A stretch of 64,000 nucleotides of DNA, from NCBI RefSeq assembly GCF_006345805.1, contig NC_043017.1:10292001-10356000 (forward strand), written 5' to 3'. A program made the position numbers and the translations under genes. The stretch comes from Octopus sinensis. Lineage: Eukaryota. The notes beneath the pieces are model-generated. The model did not search any database. It was not told where the DNA came from and saw only the letters and a program-made list of their open reading frames with translations. Positions 52,525-64,000 of this stretch are shown here, one piece after another (positions within the stretch are counted from its first letter, which is position 1; the number at the start of each line of letters is the position of its first letter).

Positions 52525-52853
52525 CACAGAATTTATACACACACACACACAAATGAGATGAAGAAAGACATGATCCAAAATATTAAACAATAGGAAAGAT
52601 TGATATCACAGTTATGGAGGCTGTGATAAACCGCTGGCTGCTGATATTTTTTCCCTATTTTTTGTCTCTCCCCCCCCCCCCGACCAGCCCTCCCCCATCT
52701 GTTATTACCGTACGTTTTCCTTCCTTCCTTCCTTTCTTCCTTCCTTGTTTATCTTTTATTCTTTGTTTTTATTGCTGCCACTCAGTGAAACGAAGCTTTT
52801 CACATGCTCAATCATGAAGACTCGCTTAAAAACTTACTTGTCGCCAGGACCGG

Positions 52854-52878
52854 CACGTGACTGCTGGCTCTGACGTCA
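52854..52878. promoter_or_regulatory. Adjacent palindromic E-box (CACGTG) and CRE (TGACGTCA)
   Basis: CACGTG at 52854-52859 and TGACGTCA at 52871-52878 in a small CpG-containing unique patch. Motif presence only. Confidence 0.25.
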
Positions 52879-55023
52879 TCACAGACTCACCGGGCAGCTC
52901 TGTGTCGGAGTTTGTTTGGGTGTTTGGATTATTACAGGTGGTGATGTTGTTGTTATTGTTAGTGGTGGTGGTGGGGGTGACCATGGTGAGGATGGCGGCG
53001 GCTGTGGTGGTGGTGGTGGTGGTGGTGGTGGTGGTAGTTGCTGTTGTTGTTGTTGTTGGTGATGTTGATGAGAGAGGAGGTGTTGATATTGATGGTGGTA
53101 GTGGTGTTGCTTAGAGGGGAAGTGTTGGTGTTGATGGCAGTGGTTGGTTGTGGTGGTGGTGGTGGTAGTGATGGTACTGGTATGGTCGTTGGGATGGGGG
53201 CGATGGTGGAGGTAGTGATGGTTGTAATTGGTAGTGGTGGCTCTGACTGTGTTGGTATGGTGGTTGGGGATGGAGGGGTGTTGGTTGTAATTGGTGGTAG
53301 CAGTGATGGTAGTGGTGGTGGTACTGAGGGTTGGTTGTGGTGGTAGTAATGGTGGTGGTGGTGGTGATGGTGGTGGTTATGGTATTTGTGGTTAATTGAT
53401 TGTGGTGATGGTAGCGGTTGTTGTTGTTGTTGTTGTTGTGGTGATGGTGGTAGTGGCGGCGGCGGTGGTGGTGGAGGAGGTAGTTGGTTGTTTATAGTGA
53501 ATGTGGGGTCAGAAGGTGGGTGTGTCTTCTCTCTCATTTGCTCTTCCTCCCTCTCTCTCTCTCCCTCTCTTTCTCTCTCTTCCTTTCTGTTACAAATTAC
53601 ACACATGTGGTTTTCTTTTTAGCAATCCTCAAGTGTTTATAAGTAGTTTGTCTGTCTATCAGCCTGCCTATCTGTCTATCTACTTTTCTGTCTGTCTGTG
53701 TGTATGTATGTATTTCTGTACTTGTGTGTGTGTGTACACACATGTTTGTATATAAATATATTGCAATATATAAACATCTTCCCAAATAAAGTGTATTACA
53801 TATTAAAGGCTCTGATGAAGCTTTCAGTGTTTTTCAGGCACTCAACTACGAGTCCACTGCATTGTATAGCAGCAACGCCAGTAAGCTAATGCACTTCATA
53901 AGATAATCATTTATTCCTTTGTCACTTCTTTTCTTATACACACACACACAAACACACACACATAAATATATATAAATTATATTGGGCCTCAGGGAGGCAA
54001 AGTGGGCGAGTTCTTTTTGAGTTTTGAGCCTCATTGAGGCAATGACCAACACTCTTGGCATTATGAACACACACGCACAAATGATTGCAGAAGTTTTCTT
54101 TTTATAGCAAGGCAATATTCCTTTATTCTTTTACTTGTTTCAGTCATTTTGACTGCGACCATGCTGGAGCACTACCTTAGCAGTTTTTTTAGTTAAAGAA
54201 ACTGACCCCAGGACTTATTCTTTGTAAACATAGTACTTATTCTATCGGTCTCTTTTGCTGAACTGCTATGTCATGTGAACATAAACACACCAACATCGGT
54301 TCTCAAGCGATGGTGGGGAGATACACAGCTGAATAAAGAAGTGTCAAGTTCTAATTATGAAGGGTACCTGTGGAAGGAGTAGACCCAGGAAGACATGGGG
54401 CAAAACGGTGAGCATGGGTTGGACGATTTGACTGAGGTCTGGCGAACCAGATGGCTGCACCAGGCTCCAATCTGATCTGGCAGAGTTTCTACGGCTGGGT
54501 GCCCTTCCTAATGCCAACCACTCCGAGAGTGTAGTGGGTGCTTTTTACGTGCCACCGGCACGAGGGGCAGCTTCAGTAAAATCCAGTTGACCCATGTGAG
54601 CATAGAAAAGTGAGTGTTAAATGACCATGCTAATAACTGTAAGTGCTGTGTTAATGAATATTTAATTGACAATCTAGAAAAGCTGTGGTCTGCAAACAAA
54701 GAAAGTAATCTACAGTCACAGGAATGAGTGTGTTCCAAGAAACTTGCTTCCCAACCACATGGTTCTGGGTTCAGTCCTACCTTGGGCAAGTGCCTTCTAC
54801 TATAGCCTCAGGCTGACCAAAGCCTTGTGAGTGGATTTGGTAGATGGAAACCAAAAGAAGCCAGTCATATACATATGTGTGTGTGTGTGGTGTGTGTGTG
54901 TGTGTTTACCATCATCGCTTGACAACTGATGTTGGTGTACTTACGTCCCTGTTTGCACCTTTATGAAAAACAAAAAGGGTTCTTCAGCAGTTAAAATGGT
55001 TGGTGGGTGGGGTTATTCTGTAC

Positions 55024-55530
55024 TGTCCTAAGACAATCCTGGAATTTATTCACTGCTCTCTCAAGGTGTGGGCATATTGGGTCATTTCTCAAGGGATACA
55101 CGAGTCTAGGGATCTTATGATAATCTGTGACTTGCTGTCAATATATGCTATAAGGCCTCAATGCATTGTTTGTTTGAGGGCTAATGAAGGTGTTAAAATC
55201 ATCTTGAGGTTTATTTAGTGCCATCTCAAGACATGGGCACATCTATGCTATGCCCCACTGTCAATAAATAAAATCTGTTAGATCCTGGTGCATTGTTCTG
55301 CTTAAGGACCTATAAAGATGTTAAGACTGTCTTAAGGTTTTATTCACTGTCATGTTAAGGCAAGGACACATTGTGCTTTTGGTTGGGACCTCATGGGTTT
55401 AAAGGCTCCATACTAATCTAAGTATGCTGTGCCCTGCTATCAATAAGTATATACTACAGGGCTTCTGTACATTGCTCTGTATAAGGACCAACGAAGATGT
55501 TAAGATAGTTTTAGGGTTTATTCACTGTCT
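55024..55530. repeat. Diverged tandem repeat, about 128-bp core, about 3.5 copies with variable inserts
   Basis: Recurrent cattg.t.tg..t.agg.c.aa.gaag.tgttaa.a...t.tt.agg.tttattcactg at about 55024 (partial), 55163, 55290 and 55469. Confidence 0.75.
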
Positions 55531-55599
55531 TCTCTTTCTTTCTTTGTATGAGGTAATTTCCCTAATAAAGAAAATATATAAACGGAAGAATAAGCCATT

Positions 55600-56114
55600 C
55601 AGTGACGTGCAACCAAGAGAATACCCTCCATCAGGCATTTGCCATATTCTGAACACCTTACTTCCCTGGGCATGGATACATTGAAACTCCGACGTCTGGC
55701 AGCTGACTTGGCAGACACCCATAAAATTATTAACCATCTTACAAACAATAACTCTGAGCACCTTTTCAAACTCCATCTGTCTAACACCTGTGGACACGTT
55801 TACAAAGTCAGAAAACAGCACAGCTCCCATGACTTTCGGAAACATTTTTTCACGCTAAGAGTTGCTAAAGCATGGAACAAACTGTCGGCATTAGTTGTTA
55901 GTTGTCGGAGCACTGCATCCTTCAAAATTTTTATACTTCCTGAAATTTGCCAACACTACACCTGATTTTCTCCACTCCATACACACACAAGCATGTATCT
56001 GACTCATACACTGTTCGCTTTCCAGACATTTGTACATATGCTTTATACACACTTTTGACCAAGTTGTGGTGCACCTGAGCACTGTATACAATAATTTCAT
56101 TATTATTATTATTA
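55600..56114 (+). mobile_element. CR1/L2-group LINE 3' end with (ATT)n tail
   Basis: Reads PSIRHLPYSEHLTSLGMDTLKLRRLAADLADTHKII...NTCGHVYKVRKQHSSHDFRKHFFTLRVAKAWNKLSALVV. Confidence 0.88.
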
Positions 56115-56299
56115 TATAAAGATAAGTGATGAGGCAGTTAATATTGGAAAGAAAACCAAGCTTGGTTTTCCAGCAGACGATCAGAAACAAGCAACCCTGA
56201 TTCCTGGCAATTGGAACCTTTCAGTTATAATGTATTCAGGAATACTCAACATTTGTATTGAGTACTATCATTTATTGCTTCTGGTGAATGAACAGAATA

Positions 56300-56640
56300 G
56301 GAATGGTAAGAAGTTTGCCTCCCAACCACATGATTCCAGGTTCAATCTCACTGTGTGACACCTTGGGAAAGTGTCTTCTACTATAGCCTTGGGCCGATTA
56401 AAGCCTTGTGTGTGGATTTGGTGGGCGGAAACTGAAAGAAGCCCAATATGTGTGTATCTTTTTGTTTGTGTTCGACCGCCGCCACCGCTTGACATCGGGT
56501 GTTGGTTTGTTTACGTTCCCGTTACTTAGCGATAGACTAAGTGCCAGACTAAAAAGATAACAAGTACCGGGTGCAATTTGTTCGACAAAAACTCTTCAAG
56601 ACGGTGCCCCAGCATGGCCGCAGTCTAGTGATGAAAAATA
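56300..56640 (+). mobile_element. SINE family A, diverged
   Basis: Head and tail recognisable. Confidence 0.75.
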
Positions 56641-56735
56641 AAAAAAATATATATATAGACGTAGAGAGAGAGAGAAAGAAAGAAAGAGAGACGTATGCAT
56701 GTGTATGTGTGTGTGTGTGTGTGTGCGTGCGTGCG

Positions 56736-56773
<38 letters not shown>

Positions 56774-57012
56774 GTGACTTTCTGTAGTCTTTCTGTCAAC
56801 TTAACCGCGCTTACGTTACGGAAAAAATGTCGATATTGTCTCTTCGGACCATCCATACTTGCGAGTGACTTACGTGATTGCCTCCCTTACATCCAGTGTA
56901 TGCGTATTTATGTAGAAGTGTGCAAATGTGTGTGTGCATGTGCGTACATGTGTGTGGGTGTGTGCATTCGTACGTGTGTATGTATGGGTACTAGTATCTA
57001 TCTATCTATCTA

Positions 57013-57063
<51 letters not shown>

Positions 57064-57153
57064 CTTTCTCCTCGCCCTCCTGAGTGAGTTATGTTGATGC
57101 AAACAGGAAAAATAGAACTCAAAATACAACTAAATGGACATTTTTATTAATAA

Positions 57154-57789
57154 CTAGCAGTATCGCCCGGCGTTGCTCGGGTTTGTTTCCACCCTTAAGA
57201 ATTGGAATTTTTGAAAAGTAAAAATTGTGCATTATGTAGCTTGTTATTCACTTTAAGTGAACATTTTTCTGGTTGAAATACACCGAAAAATGGCGACACA
57301 GCAGTCAAAAAATCGTAAAAAATAGGGATTTTCATAGAAAAAAAAGCACCTTTTTGATGTAAATAATTTTTGGTGTTAACATGGTCCGATTTGAATTTTT
57401 TCTTCTACGGAAGGAAGAGCAAGCCTTCTTCTATCATACTCTCAATTTTGGTCAACTTGCGCCACAGGGCCTCGGAGGAGATAGTGTTAGTTGAAGGCTA
57501 CCAAACCTTGATTTTATTTTATCCATTAGGACATACATAGAATGGACGATACAATCACGGATGATTTTACATATAAAGCGTAATTTGGGGTCTATAAAAA
57601 TTTAACATGATTTTATATAAAACGAATGAATACAATGGACATTTTTTTTAAACAAATGAAGTAGGGCGCGTTTATGGACCCCACGAACCCCGCCTCTCAT
57701 TGACCTCGGTTTTGGGGTTTATCTCGCATCCACGAAGGCTACCAAACCTGCCATGCACAGACAACTTCAGCTTTATATATAGAGAGAGA
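57154..57789 (-). mobile_element. Non-autonomous Helitron carrying a 226-bp insertion
   Basis: Minus strand has A|TC start, cccgagcaacgccggg hairpin and CTAG|T end. Homologous to 20742-21126 apart from 57508-57733. Confidence 0.88.
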
Positions 57790-58160
57790 TTAGCAGAAAT
57801 AATAGAGCGACTCGAGGTCCGACAGTTTCGTTCATTGGCGTTTAGCAATATATCTTTAGTACATCTTTATTAATTGATTGCAAAATGGCACCAAATGATA
57901 GCAGAAACAGAGAGCGCATTATTTCATGTACTGGGTTCAAATCTCGCTCAAGCAGGCTTTTTATTCCCTCCGGTGTCGATCGATAATATTAGAACCAATA
58001 AATCACTGGAGATCGATGTAAGCGACTTTCCCCCACCACTGACTGTGTGACATTTTACTGCAGAAATCCTTTTCTTTCTCTCTGTCTCTGACTCTTGCAT
58101 TCTGTTTCTCTCCCTCGCCGTCCTTCTTTGTAAGTTACACACACACACACACAACTCTCT

Positions 58161-58574
58161 CTTTTACTCTTTTACTTGTTTCAGTCATTTGACTGCGGCC
58201 ATGCTGGAGCACCGCCTTTAGTCGAGCAACTCGACCCTGGGTCTTATTCTTTTTTGTAAGCCCAGTACTTATTCTATCGGTCTCTTTCTGCCGAACCGCT
58301 AAGTGACAGGGGGACGTAAACACACCAGCATCGGTTGTCATCAATGCTAGAGGGACAAACACAGACACACAAACATATATACACACATACATATATATAT
58401 ATATATACATATATACAACAGGCTTCTTTCAGTTTCCGTCTACTAAATCCACTCACAAGGCTTTGGTCGGCCTGAGGCTATAGCAGAGGACACTTGCCCA
58501 AGATGCCACGCAGTGGGACTGAACCCGGAACCATGTGGTTGGTTAGCAAGCTACTTACTACACAGCCATTCCTG
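58161..58574 (-). mobile_element. SINE family A, full length
   Basis: Near-consensus copy. Confidence 0.9.
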
Positions 58575-59344
58575 GTCGTAAAAATTATATAAGTGACTTA
58601 AGGGCCGAGAGTTTCGTGTATGGCCCTTAACAAACGGTCATTAAGTGACTCATGTAACCTTGCAGCCAACGACTTACTAGAAAAGATTAGAATATTGAGT
58701 GAAGCCTAGTAACTAGTAAATCTAGCAAGTGGGGGGGGGGATCTCATTTCAGTGAGGGCTGGGAGCGGGGTTAGCATGCAATGATGCTATCGAGAGAATG
58801 GACCTGAAACTGTGTACATTCTCTCCTGATGACCCCTCTGTAAGGGCCTCTGTAGTTTTGTGGAGTTTCTATGAGCAGCCATAGGAAGTCTCCCTCTTTT
58901 GCGGAATTTATTTTTTGTTAGAATTTATATTTTTTTTACTTTTTGCATGCCATATTTATTTAACTCCATATTGTATTGCCTTGTACCGTCCCCAGGGTTT
59001 CTTGCAAAACCTTAATGGTCAATAAAGAAAATATTATTATTATTATTATTACTATTACTATTACTATTATTATTATTATTATTATTATTATTGCTGCAGT
59101 GAGCTGGCAGAGTTGTTAGCACACCAGGTAAAATGCTTCATGGCATTTTGTCCATCTTTACGTTCTGAGTTCAAATTCCATTGGGGTTGACTTTGCCTTT
59201 CATCCTTTCGGGGTCAATAAATTAAGAACCAGTGAAACACTGGGGTCGATGTAGTTGAATAGTCCCCTCCCACCAAATTTCAGGCCTTGTGCCTATAGTA
59301 GAAAGGATTATCATTATTTTTGTTGTTATTATTTTTATTATTGA

Positions 59345-59564
59345 CCCTTTCGTTACCAACCTGGCTGAAACCGGCTCTGGCTCTGAGTACAAATGTCTTG
59401 TTTTCATAAGTTTTGAATTAAAATCTTCCACCAAACCTTAGTCACAATTTATGTTCCTAACACTAGCTTAATGATAACTAAGTTACTTTACTAAATTCTT
59501 TGTTATATTTAAAGTAATTAAAAGAAACACAGAGCATCTCAAAATAAATACAGTAACGAAAGGG
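59345..59564. mobile_element. piggyBac-type MITE
   Basis: Perfect 12-bp TIR ccctttcgttac/gtaacgaaaggg. Right flank is TTAA and left flank is TTGA. Confidence 0.85.
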
Positions 59565-59836
59565 TTAAGTACCAGTTGTACACTGAGGTTGATGTAATTG
59601 ACTAGCTCCCTCCACTAAAATTGCTGGCTTTGTGCCAAAGTTTGCAACCATTATGATGTGATGATGATGATGATGATGGTGATGACAGCAGCAATAAGCT
59701 GTATTACATGGTTGTTGCTATCATCCAACATGTAGCAAGCAATCCAAGAGACAGGTAACTCTCTAGTGTGAGAAGGTTCATTCAACACAATCACACATGC
59801 AAGATGTTCAGAATGAGTCTATATTAATTATTGTGA

Positions 59837-60152
59837 GGGCGCATGGCTTAGTGGTTAGGGCATTCGGCTCATGATCGTAAGGTTGTGAGTTCGATTCCCG
59901 GCGACGCGTTGTGTCCTTGAGCAAGACACTTTATTTCACGTTGCTCCAGTCCACTCAGCTGGCAAAAATGAGTTGTACTTGTATTTCAAAGGGTCAGCCT
60001 TGTCACTCTCTGTGTCACGCTGATTATCCCCGAGAACTACGTTAAGGGTACACGTGTCTGTGGAATGCTCAGCCATTTGCACGTTAATTTCACGAGCAAG
60101 TTGTTCCGTTGATCGTATCAGCTGGGACCCTCGTCGTCGTAACCGGCGGAGT
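59837..60152 (+). mobile_element. SINE family C variant
   Basis: tRNA-like head with gagttcgattccc. The 3' body is shared with 26251-26633. Confidence 0.85.
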
Positions 60153-61524
60153 CAGAGAAAAATATTAATTATTTCAAGATTGTATGTTGTTTTCTTGCTT
60201 TGATATAATAGAATAAATAAAACAAATGAACAAGAGAGTGAGAGAGAGAGGGGGGGAGAGAGTCATTAGTGTGCTTGATGCCTCTGTAGGTGAGGTAATA
60301 ATAATTATGATAGTGGTCGGAGGCAATAAATAGTCATTATAACCCGACAAATCAATGACATTTTACTTTTACATCAGTCAGAATAATTAAGCAGATTAAT
60401 CATTAACCTCACCTGAACTCTATGCAATTGTTGTTGTTGTTGTACCTGCTGTGGTTGTTGTTGTTATTGTTGTTGTTGTTGTTGTTGTTGTTGTTTGTGT
60501 CTGGACTTTGTGAAGTAGGAAGTATTCACCCCCCTCCCACCCTAAATAGGGGAATAGATGAAAAGACCATAATTAATTGCTGGCTGGATTGATTAATGGT
60601 TTGAATTCTTAGACAGCTGGTTTAAGAATTTTGTCTTCAGACATTTTGGTTTAAGTCAGTCTTGGACAAACTGCAGCAGCCTGCAGGAGTTTCTAAATGA
60701 CACGCCTAATGAAAAATTACCTAAAATTTCTTTCGTAGTGCTGTCCATCTGATGATGACCCATGTCTCATGTGGCACACTTCTTGAAAAAGGATACACAT
60801 GCCTGGTTTAGACAAATGGCTCAGAAGAACAATCAGCACCGTTTCACATCTGTCTTCCTTACTGTCACAAGTTGGACACTTTGACAAGATCTTGATGTTC
60901 AAGGATTGTCTTGTACTTCAGTGTCTGTTTTTAGTACAGTTTCTACAGTTGGACGTCCTTCCTATTTCCAACCACTTTACAAAGTGTACTGGGTGCTATT
61001 TTTCCTATCAAAACGTCCAACCCATGCCAGCATGGAAGACAGATGTTAAATGAAGATGATCTATCTATCTATCTGTCTGTCTGTCTGTCTTTCTCTCTTT
61101 TTGTCTTTTTCTTTCTTTCTCTCTTTTTTTCTTTCTTTCTCTCTTTTTTCTTTCTTTCTTTCTCCCCCTCTCTTTCTTTCTTTCTTTCTCTCCCCCTCTC
61201 TCTTACTTACTTTCTTTCTCTCTTTCTTTCGTTCTCCCTCACTTTAAACTTATGCACATACATACATATAATGCATGTCGTTTATATTCCATAGCATGTT
61301 ATAACTCCTGCATGTTATTTCTTCTTCTTCGTCTTCTTCTTTTTCTCCTCCTCCTCCTCCTCTCCTCCTCCACACTTTGTATGTGGCTTCCACACGCATG
61401 TGCATATGTACATACACACACACACACACACAAAGCACACTCATATACACAAACGAATACTATGAGCGCACATGCATCTGTGTGCATGTGCATCGTCTAT
61501 CTGCGCGTGTGCATGTCTGCATAC

Positions 61525-61619
61525 CATTGATTATTGGTAAGCAGCAGCAAAGCGGAGAACCGCATCCAAGATCTAATGGAACGTTTGTCACATTGCAACA
61601 TTTCCCTTCCCATGTGGGA
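61525..61619 (-). CDS. Candidate 95-nt exon in a microsatellite-rich tract
   Basis: gtgcag|tccc...caatg|gtatgc, with boundaries matching the edges of the unique sequence. Two frames are open ([31 protein letters not shown] or [31 protein letters not shown]). Confidence 0.25.
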
Positions 61620-61853
61620 CTGCACCGATACATACATGTATACACATGCACACATATGTGCAAACAGACATGCATACAGACATGTGTACATGCATGCACA
61701 TACATACATATGCATATACATATACATTTGCATGTGTGTATATGTTTAAATATATGTAATATATACATGTATATATGCATGTATGTGTATGTATGTATGT
61801 ATATATACATATACATATATGTATATGCATATGTATATATATATATGTGTGTG

Positions 61854-61884
<31 letters not shown>

Positions 61885-61915
61885 GTATATAAGTATATAT
61901 ATGTATACATATATA

Positions 61916-61958
<43 letters not shown>

Positions 61959-62440
61959 GCAATACACACAACACATACATGCACACATATGTATATATAT
62001 ATATATATATATTTATATAAATATACACACACACACATTTATATATACACACATTTATATATACATATGAAGAGAGATAGAGGGATGTTGAGGGAGACAT
62101 TACTAGCAAGTTGTTCATGTGGAAACACATGGCATACTGTCTCTGTATACATATCATACGATCGGGTGTCTGCAAATGTGTGCATGTGTGTGTATGCGTC
62201 TGTCTGAGTGTAAAGTGCACCAGTTTTAACTAGCAGTTTAGTCATGTAGAAATATTGGCACACTATTTATATATACATATATATATATATACGTATACAC
62301 ACACACACACACACACACACTCACACACACATATATACATATACACACACACATACACACACACACACACACGCACACACATATATATAAGAAAGTCTCT
62401 TTCCCTCTCTGTCTCTGTCTGTCTTCCTCTTTCCCTCTCC

Positions 62441-62477
<37 letters not shown>

Positions 62478-62631
62478 ATATTATATATATATATATACAC
62501 ATGCATGCACACACATGCACACACATACGTATATACGTATATATACATATATATACATATGAATATGTAGATATGTGTATTGGTGTGTGTATGTGTATAA
62601 ATAAACAAATAAATACATATATTTGTGTTTG

Positions 62632-62662
<31 letters not shown>

Positions 62663-62740
62663 ATATGTATATGTATAATATATATGTGTGTGTGTGTCTG
62701 TGTGTGTGTGTGGGTGTGTGGGCGTGTGTATATGTATATG

Positions 62741-62782
<42 letters not shown>

Positions 62783-63149
62783 ATATATATATGTCTATAT
62801 TGACGTACACATAGCATCAATGACTGCACTACAGCTCTCGTAGGGCATTGACATTGTGTATTTGCAAGGTTTTGAGGTCATATGCTGCAAGGTTCCTGTT
62901 TGTAGTTGAGGTAGCTCATTTTCAGTGCAACAAAACAATTGGGCCGGTAATTGAACCTCTAGCTGTACAAACTTGAGTCTAATACTTTAACCACTGGACC
63001 ATACACATGCTTAGACACACATGCACATATACATACATTCATACATACATACATACATACATACATACATACGTACATACATGCATATAATTTCCCACAT
63101 ATATACATATGCATAAAGTGTGTGTGTGTGTTTGTGTCTTTATATCATA

Positions 63150-63185
63150 TTAATAATATTAGTAATAATAATAATAATAATGATG

Positions 63186-63221
<36 letters not shown>

Positions 63222-63258
63222 TAATAATAATAAATAATAATAATAATAATAATAAATG

Positions 63259-63300
<42 letters not shown>

Positions 63301-63301
63301 G

Positions 63302-63348
<47 letters not shown>

Positions 63349-63376
63349 TTTGATGGCATGAACTGCTCTCTCACTC

Positions 63377-63407
<31 letters not shown>

Positions 63408-63425
63408 GATGAGGATAATAATAAT
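63150..63425. repeat. (TAA)n array containing a 28-bp retroelement stub
   Basis: Direct reading of the sequence. The stub is at 63347-63374. Confidence 0.9.
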
Positions 63426-63699
63426 AAACAAGTAAAATAATAAAACAATATATATATATATATATCTGACCACCTCCTGTACCTACATCTTAGATCTATC
63501 ATGGTATCTGATTTGGGTTTTTTAAACCAGGCAATGTATTGAAAAGACACCCACATAGACTGCATAACCAATTTGGACCACCAAGAGCTGCAGTTATGTT
63601 CTGACTTTTGTGGATCTTAAAATGTCTTTTGAGGCCACTGTTAGATTTTCAGACCTTGTGGCATACATGGTGTTGAAAGGTGTGCGCAGATATATATGC

Positions 63700-64000
63700 A
63701 GAATAGTTGGTGGAGGTTCGTTTTTTCATGGGTCCACTAACGAGATTTGAGCCCAGCAAAAGAAGGGCATGGTCTGTCACAAACTGTGCATACAAAAAGG
63801 TCATTGTGATTCACCTTCTTGATCGCTACATTCTTCTTTAAATCTCTGTTGAGTCTTGCATGTGTCATCCTGGCCTCCTCAAACACTTTTACTCCATTCC
63901 TCACTTTGCTCTCCATCCAGCTCAACGTGAAGCAAGGGTTTCTATGGCCCTTGGATCCATTCCAAGTGACTTCATGGTAGTCCTTATGCTGTCCTAAAAC
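63700..64000 (-). mobile_element. RTE-clade LINE 3' end with C-terminal C2H2-like finger (second RTE family), runs off the window
   Basis: Reads DSIRTTMKSLGMDPRAIETLASR*AGW, then after a frameshift KVRNGVKVFEEARMTHARLNRDLKK...FVCTVCDRPCPSFAGLKSR. Confidence 0.8.

Noticed and set aside
55024-55530. Repeat-plus-spacer look suggesting CRISPR
   Set aside because: Units are long and degenerate, inserts are irregular, there are no cas genes, and the context is eukaryotic.
58597-58629. ttaagggcc...ggcccttaa 9-bp hairpin
   Set aside because: Too short to exceed chance, and the orientation is opposite to piggyBac ends.
58803-58850. GAAAC-tgt-GTA...CTGATGA-ccct/aggg resembling a permuted hammerhead
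   Set aside because: Helix I and helix II do not pair in the required register.
60612-60900. Several protein-like frames and splice signals on both strands
   Set aside because: No single frame is bounded by both a good acceptor and a good donor with a recognisable product.

Overview
Eukaryotic, AT-rich and very microsatellite-dense window with one 100-N gap (8806-8905). The repeat families look like those of an octopus (coleoid cephalopod) genome; this is inferred from recalled repeat sequences, not from a search. No host protein-coding gene can be called confidently. Nearly all long six-frame ORFs are translated microsatellites, and only a few isolated splice-bounded candidate exons were seen. 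The interpretable content is a nested mix of mobile elements. There are four tRNA-headed SINE families and relics of RTE, CR1/L2-like, Tx1/L1 and R4/Dong-type (RLE) LINEs, the last sitting in (TAA)n or (CATA)n arrays. Penelope-like pieces, non-autonomous Helitrons, Merlin-, hAT- and piggyBac-type MITEs and modular fold-back elements are also present. Four observations stand out. (1) An ungapped 99-bp inverted repeat in unique sequence (43459-43972) has a left arm that coincides with an AG...GT-bounded open exon candidate, as expected for an exon plus its editing-complementary sequence. (2) Minimal Penelope-type hammerhead ribozyme motifs lie at 11338-11373 and 27464-27505, the second in an element with a tRNA B-box and an inverted 5' end. 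(3) A 226-bp insertion with a perfect 15-bp target duplication sits inside a Helitron. (4) A microsatellite-bounded non-coding element carries a compact double-pseudoknot scaffold.
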